Virus record (IMG/VR): IMGVR_UViG_3300033149_004321
Reading direction: 5' to 3' (one strand)
DNA: 64,000 nt
Source: an uncultured virus (IMG/VR IMGVR_UViG_3300033149_004321)
Lineage: Duplodnaviria > Heunggongvirae > Uroviricota > Caudoviricetes
Positions 9,163-18,826 of this stretch are shown here, piece after piece; the stretch's first letter is position 1, and every line of letters starts with the position of its first letter. The translations under genes were made by a program, and so were the position numbers. The notes beneath the pieces were generated by a model. It searched no databases and had not been told where the DNA came from. It saw only the letters and a list, made by a program, of their open reading frames with translations.

Positions 9163-10092
9163 TTATTTACTCGCCTCATATAACATATTTAATAATCCAA
9201 ATTCACCAGAAGCAAACACATCTTCAATAAAACAACTACCTATTTCAATAGCTTTTTTTGTTTTATTTTCTTGCTTTGAATTCAACACAACTGATTTCAT
9301 ATAACCAAGTATAGCACGCCTTATCCTTTCTGGTTCAGGACTTTTAATCCCTTTATAAATATTCAATAATTGATTTAAAGAACAACTGTCATCGAGCAGC
9401 TTCCTGCAAAGTTCAATAACATTATATTCAATACCCGTCTGCTCCATTATAATATCAAGAGCTTCTTGCGTCTTTTTTATACCATCAACTTTTTCAAGCA
9501 TAATTAAAGCCGTTCTCGGCACGCCTTCACAATTTTCTATTATTAAACTTTTGACTTCTTTTTTTATATTCAAATTGTATTTCTTTATAGTATCATTAAT
9601 TAAATCTGTTAAATCAGGACCCCTTAACCTGTTCAATTCATATATAGCACATCTGTTTTTTATTGTTTTCAATATTTTTTGCGGGTCGGTACTGCAAAGG
9701 AAAAAGTAAACGTGATTTGGCGGCTCTTCTAAATCCTTCAACAAAGCATTCTGGCTACTATTTGATAACATATGACATTCATCTATAATATACGCTTTTG
9801 CTTTACTGCCAATGGGCATAAATGAAAGGTCTCTTATTATGCTACGCATCGCGTCCACGCCTGTAAAATCAGAAGCGTTAATCTCAACAATAGAACGTTT
9901 CTTGCAACCGAATTTTCTTGCCATAATACGGGCGAGGGTTGTTTTCCCGCAGCCGGAGGCGCCTGTAAAAAGAAAAGCGTGATTCCGTTTTTCTATTGAT
10001 TTTCCAATTGACATCAACAAACTTATTTTTAATGACGAATTTCCATAAAAACTTTTTAAACTTTTCGGTCTGGCTTCTATATGTAAAGGCAT
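9163..10092 (-). CDS. Clamp-loader AAA+ ATPase (DNA pol III gamma/tau-like)
   Basis: GASGCGKTT Walker A, EINASD, IIDECH Walker B, NALLKDLEEPP, TIKNRC. Confidence 0.92.
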   Translation of the reverse strand: MPLHIEARPKSLKSFYGNSSLKISLLMSIGKSIEKRNHAFLFTGASGCGKTTLARIMARKFGCKKRSIVEINASDFTGVDAMRSIIRDLSFMPIGSKAKAYIIDECHMLSNSSQNALLKDLEEPPNHVYFFLCSTDPQKILKTIKNRCAIYELNRLRGPDLTDLINDTIKKYNLNIKKEVKSLIIENCEGVPRTALIMLEKVDGIKKTQEALDIIMEQTGIEYNVIELCRKLLDDSCSLNQLLNIYKGIKSPEPERIRRAILGYMKSVVLNSKQENKTKKAIEIGSCFIEDVFASGEFGLLNMLYEASK

Positions 10093-10103
10093 TTTTCAAA
10101 TCC

Positions 10104-10421
10104 TTAAATCTTAAATTTTTTTACAGTGTTTTGCAAAACATAATTTTTATTAATCCGCAAAGTTTGTCCGAAAAGACCGTCTATTGCATTGTAAGTTTGG
10201 GATATAATATATTCTTTAAAATTTTCTGCAACCAGAAAGCCAGCGGTCTGATAAGATTTTTTCACAAAGTTTTTTACTCTTCCTGAATATTTATCTTTTA
10301 TCGGCGCTCGATTTTCCCATTCCAAATATATAATTGTCAAATCTTTTTTATTCAAATTCTTTTTGAAAAAGAAAGCTGAAGAAGGTAAGTTTCCATCAGC
10401 ATTTACTATATTCTCGTTCAT
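10104..10421 (-). CDS. Hypothetical protein
   Basis: ORF overlapping the upstream stop. Confidence 0.55.
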   Translation of the reverse strand: MNENIVNADGNLPSSAFFFKKNLNKKDLTIIYLEWENRAPIKDKYSGRVKNFVKKSYQTAGFLVAENFKEYIISQTYNAIDGLFGQTLRINKNYVLQNTVKKFKI

Positions 10422-10858
10422 AGTTTTTCCTTATGTATTTTTAGATTATGTATTTCAAGCATTCTTTTTGTCTTGAATACTCTATTACATCTCGAACAGG
10501 TTCTTTCTGGAAAACATTCCGTCATTGGAAATTTGGGATTTTTCTTTTTAGTAGTCCATATCAATCCGCAATTTTTACATACATAATAGTAATATCCTTT
10601 TCTAAATCCTTTACCTTTCCTTTTCCAATTATGTTTACTTTTTATATCTGTTTCCATATCAGGATAAAAGTTTATGGCATATACTTTCCTTTGTCCTGTT
10701 TCATATTTTTTATTGAACCATTCTATATATTCATCTATCTGTGTGCAAATATGCCAAGACTTTTGACCCCATCTTTTCTTTTTTACTCTTATATCTATTA
10801 ACTCTGTCCAAGGCAATAATCCTTTTCTTTTTGCACCTACAAGCATCTCTATAATCAT
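10418..10858 (-). CDS. Zinc-finger protein (C-terminal C2H2-like)
   Basis: H..CKNCG..C and CSRCNRVFKTKRMLEIHNLKIH. Confidence 0.65.
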   Translation of the reverse strand: MIIEMLVGAKRKGLLPWTELIDIRVKKKRWGQKSWHICTQIDEYIEWFNKKYETGQRKVYAINFYPDMETDIKSKHNWKRKGKGFRKGYYYYVCKNCGLIWTTKKKNPKFPMTECFPERTCSRCNRVFKTKRMLEIHNLKIHKEKL

Positions 10859-10900
10859 ATCTAATTATCATTTTTTAAAAGTATCTTTCTTATTTTACCA

Positions 10901-11170
10901 TCAATCCTTCCTTTCTTCAAATCTTTTTATTAAATCAAGAATAAAACTTTTACCAGAAGTTAATGGTCTTTTTAATATTGCAGACATCCTTATATCTTCC
11001 TTCTTGAAGTAAGCATTGATATATTCTCTTTGCCATTTCGATAAATAGACATCTGTATTTTCACCATATAACCAATTATAAAACCCTTCTTCACTATTCT
11101 CAAACTTTGATTTCTTTGACATAACTAATTCCATTTTTATTTTGCCATACTTTAAAACACTTATCCCCAA
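10901..11170 (-). CDS. Hypothetical protein (short P-loop-like SGKS)
   Basis: LSKWQREY...PLTSGKSF; true start probably internal (MSKKSK). Confidence 0.45.
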   Translation of the reverse strand: MGISVLKYGKIKMELVMSKKSKFENSEEGFYNWLYGENTDVYLSKWQREYINAYFKKEDIRMSAILKRPLTSGKSFILDLIKRFEERKD

Positions 11171-11711
11171 ATTCTTCTAATTCCGTTTCGTGTGTTATTA
11201 TTATCATTTGTATTTTAAACATATCAGAAACTTTTCTTATCATTTCACCAAAAGAACTTAACAAACCTTTTGATATACCTTTGCCAGGTTCATCAAGTAG
11301 AAATACAGAATCAGTTCTCGGTTCTTTTATGAACCAACTTGCCACTCGCCAAGCAAAAGAAATAATGTTTAATAATCCCTCCCCACACTCGTAATAAGGT
11401 GTTAAAATCTTACCACCCTTGTTAATCAAAGGCTCTGCTTCAGTTTGGTTTCTTTTCATTTTATAATCAAGTTTAAAAGAATACTCTTTCCCATAAACAG
11501 AGGCAAGGGCTAATGTTATTACATCCTCAAAATAGGCTCCCACTTGCCTTTGAGTTGCTATCATAACATTGTTCACCAAATCCCTTGCCTCCGAATACGT
11601 CTTTGCCATCCTCCTGTTTTCAGTTTTTCGCTGTTTCTCTTTCTTGAGTTCAGACAATAATTGCCTTTTGACAGCTCTTTGCTCTGTATAATGCTTTCTG
11701 TATTTGTTCAT
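11100..11711 (-). CDS. SbcC/Rad50-like ABC ATPase, C-terminal half
   Basis: CGEG signature-like, FLLDEP Walker B/D-loop, IIITH H-loop. Confidence 0.85.
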   Translation of the reverse strand: MNKYRKHYTEQRAVKRQLLSELKKEKQRKTENRRMAKTYSEARDLVNNVMIATQRQVGAYFEDVITLALASVYGKEYSFKLDYKMKRNQTEAEPLINKGGKILTPYYECGEGLLNIISFAWRVASWFIKEPRTDSVFLLDEPGKGISKGLLSSFGEMIRKVSDMFKIQMIIITHETELEEFGDKCFKVWQNKNGISYVKEIKV

Positions 11712-11728
11712 AGCAGGAAAGTGTTGTA

Positions 11729-12847
11729 TTAATTACTTAATTTTCTTGGCATTACAAGGTTAACTTCATTTTCTTCAACATCATTAGAATCAAAAAATAA
11801 TTGCTGACTAATATTATCTTTATATTTCCAAATGACTGTATTTCCTTTAATAGCGTTCAAACCCCTTACTAAATAAGACAAAGCAAAACCTATTGTCAAA
11901 TCTACCCCCCTATGTTCTTCACACAAAAAAGAAATTTCAAACCCAATATCTTCCTCAACATCTAAAGCTACAATTGTTATTTCTTTTCCTTTAATAATCA
12001 ATTTGATTGCTTCTGTTGTTTTACTCACAAAAGGCTTTGCTTGTTTTAAAGCATTCAACATTTCTTTTCTATCAAAAATAATTTTATTTTTCTGCTCGGT
12101 TGGGATAACTTTCCTGAAATCAGGATACATCCCCTCAATCGGTCTTGAATATAAAATAATATCATCAGACAATTCAAATTTTATATACCTTTCACCTTTG
12201 AAAACCCCTGCAAAATCAAAGTCAATTCTTGTCAATATTTCAATTATTTTTCTTGATAAAATAATATTAAAATCTTTCATTAATAATTCACAATTGTTTT
12301 CAATATCAAGATTTTTTATATACCTTAACGCATGTCCATCTGTACCACAACTTGATAATTTTTCTTCTTGTTCAATACAAACGCCTGTCAAACTATTCTT
12401 TATTCTCTCATTAGAAACGAAAGAAAGTTGCATATATAATTTTAGAAAAATGTCTTTTGACCACAAACCTACTTGTCTGAATTCATCTATTGGTTCTTCT
12501 GGATATTCTTCAGTATCCATATAAGGAAAAGAAACACTTTTACCATCAAATATTATCTTTACTCTTGGTTGCGTCTCTTCTAATTTAATTTCAATCTCTT
12601 TTGGTTTTGTTTTTATAATTTTTTCCAATACTTTTAACGGAGCAGTATAATTTCTTTCATCGTCTATTTTCATTACAAGAATTGTTTCTAAATCAGTCGC
12701 TAATATATTTCCATTTTTTACACATACCTGCAAAAGAAATGGTAAAGATGCTTTTTTATCAACTACTTTTTCAGCTATCGAAACAAACTTTTTTAACCTT
12801 GCTAAATTTTCATTATTGGTAGGCGGAAAAAATTTTGTGTTTTTCAT
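11729..12847 (-). CDS. dnaN: DNA polymerase III beta clamp (DnaN-like), copy 2
   Basis: LATDLE, EEYPE, LTGV, GTDGHAL, SRPIEGMYPDFRKVIP, IGF, LVMPR motifs. Confidence 0.88.
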   Translation of the reverse strand: MKNTKFFPPTNNENLARLKKFVSIAEKVVDKKASLPFLLQVCVKNGNILATDLETILVMKIDDERNYTAPLKVLEKIIKTKPKEIEIKLEETQPRVKIIFDGKSVSFPYMDTEEYPEEPIDEFRQVGLWSKDIFLKLYMQLSFVSNERIKNSLTGVCIEQEEKLSSCGTDGHALRYIKNLDIENNCELLMKDFNIILSRKIIEILTRIDFDFAGVFKGERYIKFELSDDIILYSRPIEGMYPDFRKVIPTEQKNKIIFDRKEMLNALKQAKPFVSKTTEAIKLIIKGKEITIVALDVEEDIGFEISFLCEEHRGVDLTIGFALSYLVRGLNAIKGNTVIWKYKDNISQQLFFDSNDVEENEVNLVMPRKLSN

Positions 12848-12861
12848 CTTAAAAAGCTCCT

Positions 12862-13197
12862 TTATTTATTTATTCCTAATTTATGAAAAAGAATTATTCT
12901 TAAATCCTTTAGATGATCTTCAATTTTTTTCATTGCTCCTGCCGTACCAGCTCCTTCAGTAGGCCTAATGCCACAATCCCATAAATCATCCATAAGAATT
13001 TGGGCATTGTCAGGTGATAATTTTAAACTAGGTTCGATTTCTATACCCATATCTTCTTCTGTTATTTTTTTCATTACAATATCTTCGCAAACAGTTTTTT
13101 GACCTTTCTCAAAATTGGTACTAAAGATATATATTTCTACGCTATCAAATAAAATAAAATTTTTCTTTGCCCGAAGACGAATACTTTTGTCATACAT
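12862..13197 (-). CDS. Conserved hypothetical phage protein
   Basis: AQILMDDLWDCGIRPTEGAGTAGAM...HLKDLR motif. Confidence 0.7.
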   Translation of the reverse strand: MYDKSIRLRAKKNFILFDSVEIYIFSTNFEKGQKTVCEDIVMKKITEEDMGIEIEPSLKLSPDNAQILMDDLWDCGIRPTEGAGTAGAMKKIEDHLKDLRIILFHKLGINK

Positions 13198-13332
13198 AAT
13201 TATTTTTTCCTATTAATTTACCTATTTTCTTTTTTAAACTTGTTAACGAACTAATAGCTCCAATAAAATAACCACAAATAAAAATTAAAACTATAATTAC
13301 AATAATAATTATGGGAAAGAATATGTCCATTT

Positions 13333-13581
13333 TTATTCCAAAAATTTATCTAATTTAATTTCCAATTCTGATATTTTTTCTTCAAGTTCTTTTCTTTTTT
13401 TATTCATTTCACTCATTAACTTTTCAGCTTCTTTTAATCCTTTGACGAGGAAATCATCTTTAAGTGTTTTATATGCTGATGATAATTTTCCACCAATTTC
13501 AGCATTCGCAAGCTCAATCTCTTTCAACTGTTCCTGTGCGTCCTTGACTTTATCTAATATGCTTTTCATATTATCATCCAT
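13333..13581 (-). CDS. Small coiled-coil protein (possible SbcC middle segment)
   Basis: Heptad-like composition; lies between sbcD and the sbcC C-half. Confidence 0.55.
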   Translation of the reverse strand: MDDNMKSILDKVKDAQEQLKEIELANAEIGGKLSSAYKTLKDDFLVKGLKEAEKLMSEMNKKRKELEEKISELEIKLDKFLE

Positions 13582-13625
13582 TTTATTCTTCTTCTTTTGG
13601 TATGCTTATTTTTGGTTCTGCCTTT

Positions 13626-14795
13626 CTAATTGTAGACATAAATGTCTGTTAATAGATTACCCACCGAAATGGGCATGCTGGATAATTTCTCATCCAGAGC
13701 ACTGGCCGTGCAATATTTTTTAAAAATGTTAATTGCTGAATTAATATCCCTATCCAGTTTCAAACCACAGTCACAGCTCATTGTTCTTTTATTGAGCGGC
13801 ATGTTATGGGTTTTTCCGCATCGAGAACAAGTTTTAGATGTGTAAGCTTCGTTAATCTTAATTAAATTTTTTCCATACAACTTAGATTTATAATTCAGAA
13901 ATTCTACAAATCTTCCTATTCTCCATTCGTTCTGAATAATTCGATTAAACCAAGGCTGTTTTTCCTTTATCATTCCATTTAAATTTAATCTACCAACTAC
14001 AATAGTTGATTCAGGGCGAATATTAGTTAACCAATAAGAAGCTTTGTGATAATAGTCGTTAATTCTGTTTAAATAACGAGTTATTTGTCTATGAAAAATT
14101 CTATTCTGTTTAAACCACCTCCTTGAAAATTTAATGCATTTATCTCGTTTACTTCTTAATTTGTCAATGTGTTTCGTATAATGGGAAAACTTATCAATTC
14201 TAATTAATTCATTTCTGGATGAATAACCGACAGCTAGAGTCTTGACACCTAAATCAATCCCTATTATGTCATCATTATTTATAATTAATTTTTCATCAAC
14301 CTCAATAGCAAAACAAACAAAATAGTTATTTTTCTGTTTAATTATAGTAACAGTACGATAATCATCAGGTATAGGTTCAGAAGTTCTTACTGTAAAATTG
14401 TTATATCCTCTACCTGTAGGAAGAATAAATCTATAATCATCTATTTTTTTAATATACATTCCGGGGTATTCCTGGGAAATAAATTCTTTTTTTCTCTTAT
14501 ATTTAGGAAAACCTTTACCATTATTAAAAAACCGTTTAAATGCCTTATCAAGTCGAAAATACATGGCTGATAAACATTTATTGTAAACTTTGTTATATTC
14601 CGGATATTCCTTTTTAATAGATGGTAATTGACTTTTCTGTTCATATATAGATAATTGCTTTTTGTTTTTCTCGTAAAAATCTATTTTTTCTTTTAATGCA
14701 AAATTATAAATTAATCTACATCGTTCAGACGCAAACTCTAAATAATTTTTACATTCCTGATTAATCTTTATTTTTATCTTTTTTACTAAAATCAT
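13626..14795 (-). CDS. tnpB: TnpB-family nuclease with rearranged RuvC-II
   Basis: CRLIYNFAL, GFPKYK, GIDLGVK, IVVGRL (Gly at usual Glu), INEAYTSKTCSRC, CDCG, DRDINSAINI. Confidence 0.9.
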   Translation of the reverse strand: MILVKKIKIKINQECKNYLEFASERCRLIYNFALKEKIDFYEKNKKQLSIYEQKSQLPSIKKEYPEYNKVYNKCLSAMYFRLDKAFKRFFNNGKGFPKYKRKKEFISQEYPGMYIKKIDDYRFILPTGRGYNNFTVRTSEPIPDDYRTVTIIKQKNNYFVCFAIEVDEKLIINNDDIIGIDLGVKTLAVGYSSRNELIRIDKFSHYTKHIDKLRSKRDKCIKFSRRWFKQNRIFHRQITRYLNRINDYYHKASYWLTNIRPESTIVVGRLNLNGMIKEKQPWFNRIIQNEWRIGRFVEFLNYKSKLYGKNLIKINEAYTSKTCSRCGKTHNMPLNKRTMSCDCGLKLDRDINSAINIFKKYCTASALDEKLSSMPISVGNLLTDIYVYN

Positions 14796-14798
14796 CCT

Positions 14799-15101
14799 TT
14801 ATCTTTTTTTTATAGGTTCGTAATCCATACATTCTCTTTTTGGAAACGGTAATTTTTCTTCTTTCCTTGCCATTTCTATATAATCCAACATATATATTTT
14901 ATATAAATATCTTACTTTTGATATATAACATCTTTTTAATTGTTCCCTTTCTTCCAACCAATAACGAGCCATCTTTTCCGCCTCACTAACCAATTTTGTT
15001 TCCGTGCTTATATAAAAAGTCATTTGAAACGTAGAAACATATTCAGACACGGGCAAATCGTCAACAATAACCACTTCCCAACAATGCATTTCTTTTATCA
15101 T
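14799..15101 (-). CDS. Hypothetical protein (CWEVV-domain paralog)
   Basis: MIKEMHCWEVV start nearly identical to the upstream gene. Confidence 0.65.
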   Translation of the reverse strand: MIKEMHCWEVVIVDDLPVSEYVSTFQMTFYISTETKLVSEAEKMARYWLEEREQLKRCYISKVRYLYKIYMLDYIEMARKEEKLPFPKRECMDYEPIKKR

Positions 15102-15553
15102 TTTATCTCCTCCAATAAATAGACTTCAAATAGGTATTCCAATGAATATATAAAAAACTTTTCAACTCGCAGAGGTGCATCAGCAAAAAATTCTTTTAAA
15201 CAAATATTAGCTATCTTTTCTACTTCTGCATATAATCTATTTTTTGTTGTAACAACACGAACAGTAAAATTAGGAACTGAATATTCCTTTGGTATGGTAT
15301 TATGAAAAACAACTTTCCAGCAATGAAAAATATTATCTGTTTTTATTTCATTTTCTTCAATATTAACAGAAAATAAATTTGTCATTCGATTTATAAAACA
15401 ACGACTAAAAAAAGCATCATGCTTCCATTCATTTAAATTTAAAATCTCGCTTTCTACCAAATTAACAGTCTCTTTTTCCGTTATAAAATGTTTAATTCGT
15501 TCATCTGTTTCGTTATTAAAAACAACCTCCCAACAATACATCTCTTTTATCAT
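15098..15553 (-). CDS. Hypothetical protein (two CWxVV domains)
   Basis: MYCWEVVF and FHCWKVVF internal repeat. Confidence 0.65.
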   Translation of the reverse strand: MIKEMYCWEVVFNNETDERIKHFITEKETVNLVESEILNLNEWKHDAFFSRCFINRMTNLFSVNIEENEIKTDNIFHCWKVVFHNTIPKEYSVPNFTVRVVTTKNRLYAEVEKIANICLKEFFADAPLRVEKFFIYSLEYLFEVYLLEEIK

Positions 15554-15606
15554 TTTATTTCTCCTCTTTTTTATTATATTTATACTTCATTAATATAGTA
15601 CTTTAA

Positions 15607-16536
15607 TCATTTTATTTCTTCCTGTGCTTCAGCTATTACGTTTATTATTTTTTTATTTGTATTATTTTTTTCATACCATTTCAGCAAGTTTTCTTGAAAA
15701 GAAACTTTTCTTTTATTCGTTTCTTTTTGGGATAAATATTTCAAAAACTTTTCAAGTTCTTCTTTATCTTTAGTATCAATTCTTTCTATAACCTCTTCAA
15801 ATACTTCTTCAGACGGTTTAAAGGGTATCCAAAATAATTCACTATCCATTTCTTCTGTGTCAAATACAATACAAAAAGGTTTTATATCAGCTTCATCAAT
15901 TTTCTTTCTCACCATTACTCCTGTATTGAAAATGAATTTATCCTTTCCATAAACATCAGAAAAGGGTCTGTGATAATCACCACATAAAATCAAATCATAA
16001 TCCGAATATTTCTGTCCAAAAACTCTTGGATGAATAAAATCTTGACCTGGATATATAGCTTCAGGGCTAATCATTTTGTGAACAACCAATACTTTAAATC
16101 CTTTTTCTTTTTTAGGAATAGGTATCTTTTCGCCAAAAGAAGCTCCGTATAAATGAACAACTTTTTTATCCCCCTCTTTAAAATATTTAAAAGGTTTCTT
16201 TCCCAATATTCTAACAGCCCCGGCAGACCTGAATATACCTACACCTGTCTTTTTTATTTTCTTTTTGCTTCTATAATAATAATCATGTTGTCCTAATACA
16301 AGATTGATTTTAATTTTATATTTAGATAGTAATTTCAAATAAGTAGATAAAACTAAAAAGGATGGATTTTGTGAATCAAAAAAATCACCTGCCTGCAAAA
16401 ATAAATCACAATTTTCCTCTTTATATTTTTTCAGACACCATTCAAACTTGAATTTTTGTGTCTCAAAAAAATCATCTTTCCTGTTCTCTGGGTTGTTTTG
16501 TCTTAAATGTGTGTCTGATAATAAAAATAGTTTCAT
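15607..16536 (-). CDS. SbcD/Mre11-like nuclease
   Basis: LSDTH, AGDFFD, LGQHD, VVH, CGDYH, NTG motifs. Confidence 0.9.
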   Translation of the reverse strand: MKLFLLSDTHLRQNNPENRKDDFFETQKFKFEWCLKKYKEENCDLFLQAGDFFDSQNPSFLVLSTYLKLLSKYKIKINLVLGQHDYYYRSKKKIKKTGVGIFRSAGAVRILGKKPFKYFKEGDKKVVHLYGASFGEKIPIPKKEKGFKVLVVHKMISPEAIYPGQDFIHPRVFGQKYSDYDLILCGDYHRPFSDVYGKDKFIFNTGVMVRKKIDEADIKPFCIVFDTEEMDSELFWIPFKPSEEVFEEVIERIDTKDKEELEKFLKYLSQKETNKRKVSFQENLLKWYEKNNTNKKIINVIAEAQEEIK

Positions 16537-16538
16537 AG

Positions 16539-17486
16539 TTAATTATTTATTTTTTCTAATAAATTTATCTTTGCTTCCTTTGTCAATTTTCTTTCGCAAG
16601 TCGGACAAAAAGTCAAAGCCTTTCTCAATGATTTTAACGTTGTTTCCAAGTTATTTTTAATTCTTTCAGTTTCTTCTTTTTTCAATTCCAATTTTTTTAT
16701 GTGTGTTATTACTTTTCCTAATTTATCTACATCATTATACAGTTTATTATATTTTTCAACAGATATTTTCAAATCGTTAATTATCTTTCCCATTTCTTTC
16801 GGTATTTTTATTTCCTTTTTTTCTTTTTCAAAATGTTTAATATTCTGAATACACACATTTAGTTTATCAATATTATTTTCTAATTCATCTAACTTTTCTT
16901 TGTATTTTTCATAGTTTTTCAAAAGTTTTTTATAATTATCCAAATAATCAAATGATTTTAACTGTTCTTTCAACTCTGATATATGTTCAATATTTTCTTT
17001 TTCTTTTCTTTCAGCTTGTCTCTTTCTTCTATTTAGCAAACTAACAATTTTACCCACGTTCTCTAAATCAGTCAACCTATTTATATATTCTGCTATCTTG
17101 CCAGGCGTATCTAAAATTAAGAAAAAAGATTTTAATTGGTCTTGTATATTTATTTCGTCCAAATCTAAAACATTTTTCACTTCTTCTGGGACATTTCCTT
17201 TTAACGCCTTATACAAATTACCGTTAATATCATAATCATTTCTTTGCCTATCTTTTATTTTTGTTATTTTTCCTCTATCTGTAATAATTTTCGCTTTAGC
17301 TTTTTTCTTTCCCTTTCTTATTATAGAATCACCAAGAGGTCTATTCTTTATTATCCAACGTATTGCCCTAAATAAAGACGTTTTTCCTTTATCTGATTCT
17401 CCTATAATAAAATTTATCCCAGAACTGAATTGATATTTTGAAATTTTATGTGCTTGAACGTTCTTTAAAATAATTTTATTTATCAT
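16539..17486 (-). CDS. SbcC/Rad50-like ATPase, N-terminal half ending in Zn-hook
   Basis: LKNVQAH, GESDKGKTS Walker A, Q-loop, coiled coil, CPTC near C-terminus. Confidence 0.88.
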   Translation of the reverse strand: MINKIILKNVQAHKISKYQFSSGINFIIGESDKGKTSLFRAIRWIIKNRPLGDSIIRKGKKKAKAKIITDRGKITKIKDRQRNDYDINGNLYKALKGNVPEEVKNVLDLDEINIQDQLKSFFLILDTPGKIAEYINRLTDLENVGKIVSLLNRRKRQAERKEKENIEHISELKEQLKSFDYLDNYKKLLKNYEKYKEKLDELENNIDKLNVCIQNIKHFEKEKKEIKIPKEMGKIINDLKISVEKYNKLYNDVDKLGKVITHIKKLELKKEETERIKNNLETTLKSLRKALTFCPTCERKLTKEAKINLLEKINN

Positions 17487-17673
17487 GATTTTTTAATTTT
17501 TTTATATTTCCAATTCTACCCACATCCGAATAGGTTTTCTTTCCAAACTCCAACCAATGTTTAAAACACAATTCTTCTTTGGCTGCCGGATGTGAAAAAT
17601 AAGGAACATAGCTGTAATAATTACAACCTTCTATCCTACATTTCTTTCCAGCTTTTTTTGTGTATTTCTTCAT
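17476..17673 (-). CDS. Small Cys/His protein
   Basis: CRIEGC...LCFKH. Confidence 0.5.
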   Translation of the reverse strand: MKKYTKKAGKKCRIEGCNYYSYVPYFSHPAAKEELCFKHWLEFGKKTYSDVGRIGNIKKLKNHDK

Positions 17674-17679
17674 AATTTA

Positions 17680-17877
17680 CTATCCCGAATAAATCACCGC
17701 TTTCTCATCAACAGACACTTCATGTCCACATTTAAAACATTTATAAATAATCAAATCATTTACAATATGCCATTGCTTTCGCCAATCTACGCAACCACAA
17801 ATTGGACACGGCGTTGATAACACAATAAACATTTCATTCCCCTTTCTTTCTTTTTCTATTCTTACCAGCATATTCAA
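17680..17877 (-). CDS. Small zinc-ribbon protein
   Basis: CPICG...CFKCG. Confidence 0.55.
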   Translation of the reverse strand: MNMLVRIEKERKGNEMFIVLSTPCPICGCVDWRKQWHIVNDLIIYKCFKCGHEVSVDEKAVIYSG

Positions 17878-18073
17878 ATTTCAAATTTTTATTACCACAA
17901 TGGCCACATCGGCATTCGATTATATCACCAGTTTCGGAATCGTGTCGAAAATAAACACCTACCTTACCACATTTACAAGTTTCAACTTTCACCCTGCCAA
18001 TACCATTAACTTCAACATATATAAAATCATCCATTATCTTTTTCCTTTCCAAATAACCTCTTATTAGTTTCAA
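17834..18073 (-). CDS. Small zinc-ribbon protein
   Basis: CKCG...CRCGHCG; start probably internal ATG (MDDFIY). Confidence 0.5.
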   Translation of the reverse strand: MKLIRGYLERKKIMDDFIYVEVNGIGRVKVETCKCGKVGVYFRHDSETGDIIECRCGHCGNKNLKFEYAGKNRKRKKGE

Positions 18074-18809
18074 AACTAAAATCTATGAATTCTCGATTAA
18101 GCAAATTCACTTCTTGATTTTTAGTTACTCGATTCATTACTTTTATTCTGTTTTCTGGCAACTTTTCCAATTTTATTTTTCCTTCACGCAATCTCAATTC
18201 TGTTCTCAATAAATGTGCCAACCAATATGCATCTGCTAAATCAGTAGCGGGTCCACCATAATCTTTCATTCCTTTATCAATTAGTTCTTTTGATATATCA
18301 AAACCTTTTTTTATTGCTTTTTGAACGCGATATTTTTTTGAAATAAACCCCTTCTTTATCCAAATTTGCAACGTTGTCGGCTCTATTACTCTTATTTTAA
18401 AACCCCAAGAAACTAAATCATTAATCAAACTGCCTGTCTGCTCAGCTATTTGCAAAATTGAAGATGAAACACTACCATATGAATAACCTTCAATTGCTAT
18501 ATATACCTCATCATTCACACGTTCGCTTACTTTATATTTAAATATTTCTGTTCTAATTAATTCAATTATTTTTTTCATTCGATAATAATGATAAATTTCT
18601 TTTGTTATTCCCTTATTTCTATCGCTTTTTTTCAATGGAGGAAAATATAAAGCATGTTCACTTATTTCTTTTCTCATATTCAAATACTTTTTTTTATCAG
18701 AAAGAAACTTCCAAGATATTATATTTCCTTTTTTATAATCCATATTAACAAGACCGAAATGCCTCAAACTTAAATCAATTCCAATTATAAAAGCGTTTTT
18801 TATTTTCAT
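18027..18809 (-). CDS. RuvC-like Holliday junction resolvase
   Basis: IGIDLSL, IAIEGYSYG, DLADAY. Confidence 0.82.
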   Translation of the reverse strand: MKIKNAFIIGIDLSLRHFGLVNMDYKKGNIISWKFLSDKKKYLNMRKEISEHALYFPPLKKSDRNKGITKEIYHYYRMKKIIELIRTEIFKYKVSERVNDEVYIAIEGYSYGSVSSSILQIAEQTGSLINDLVSWGFKIRVIEPTTLQIWIKKGFISKKYRVQKAIKKGFDISKELIDKGMKDYGGPATDLADAYWLAHLLRTELRLREGKIKLEKLPENRIKVMNRVTKNQEVNLLNREFIDFSFETNKRLFGKEKDNG

Positions 18810-18826
18810 TAATTTTTTTCGCTATA

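Noticed and set aside
13500..14900. TnpB as Cas12f with a mini CRISPR array
   Set aside because: No repeat-spacer pattern seen next to either TnpB
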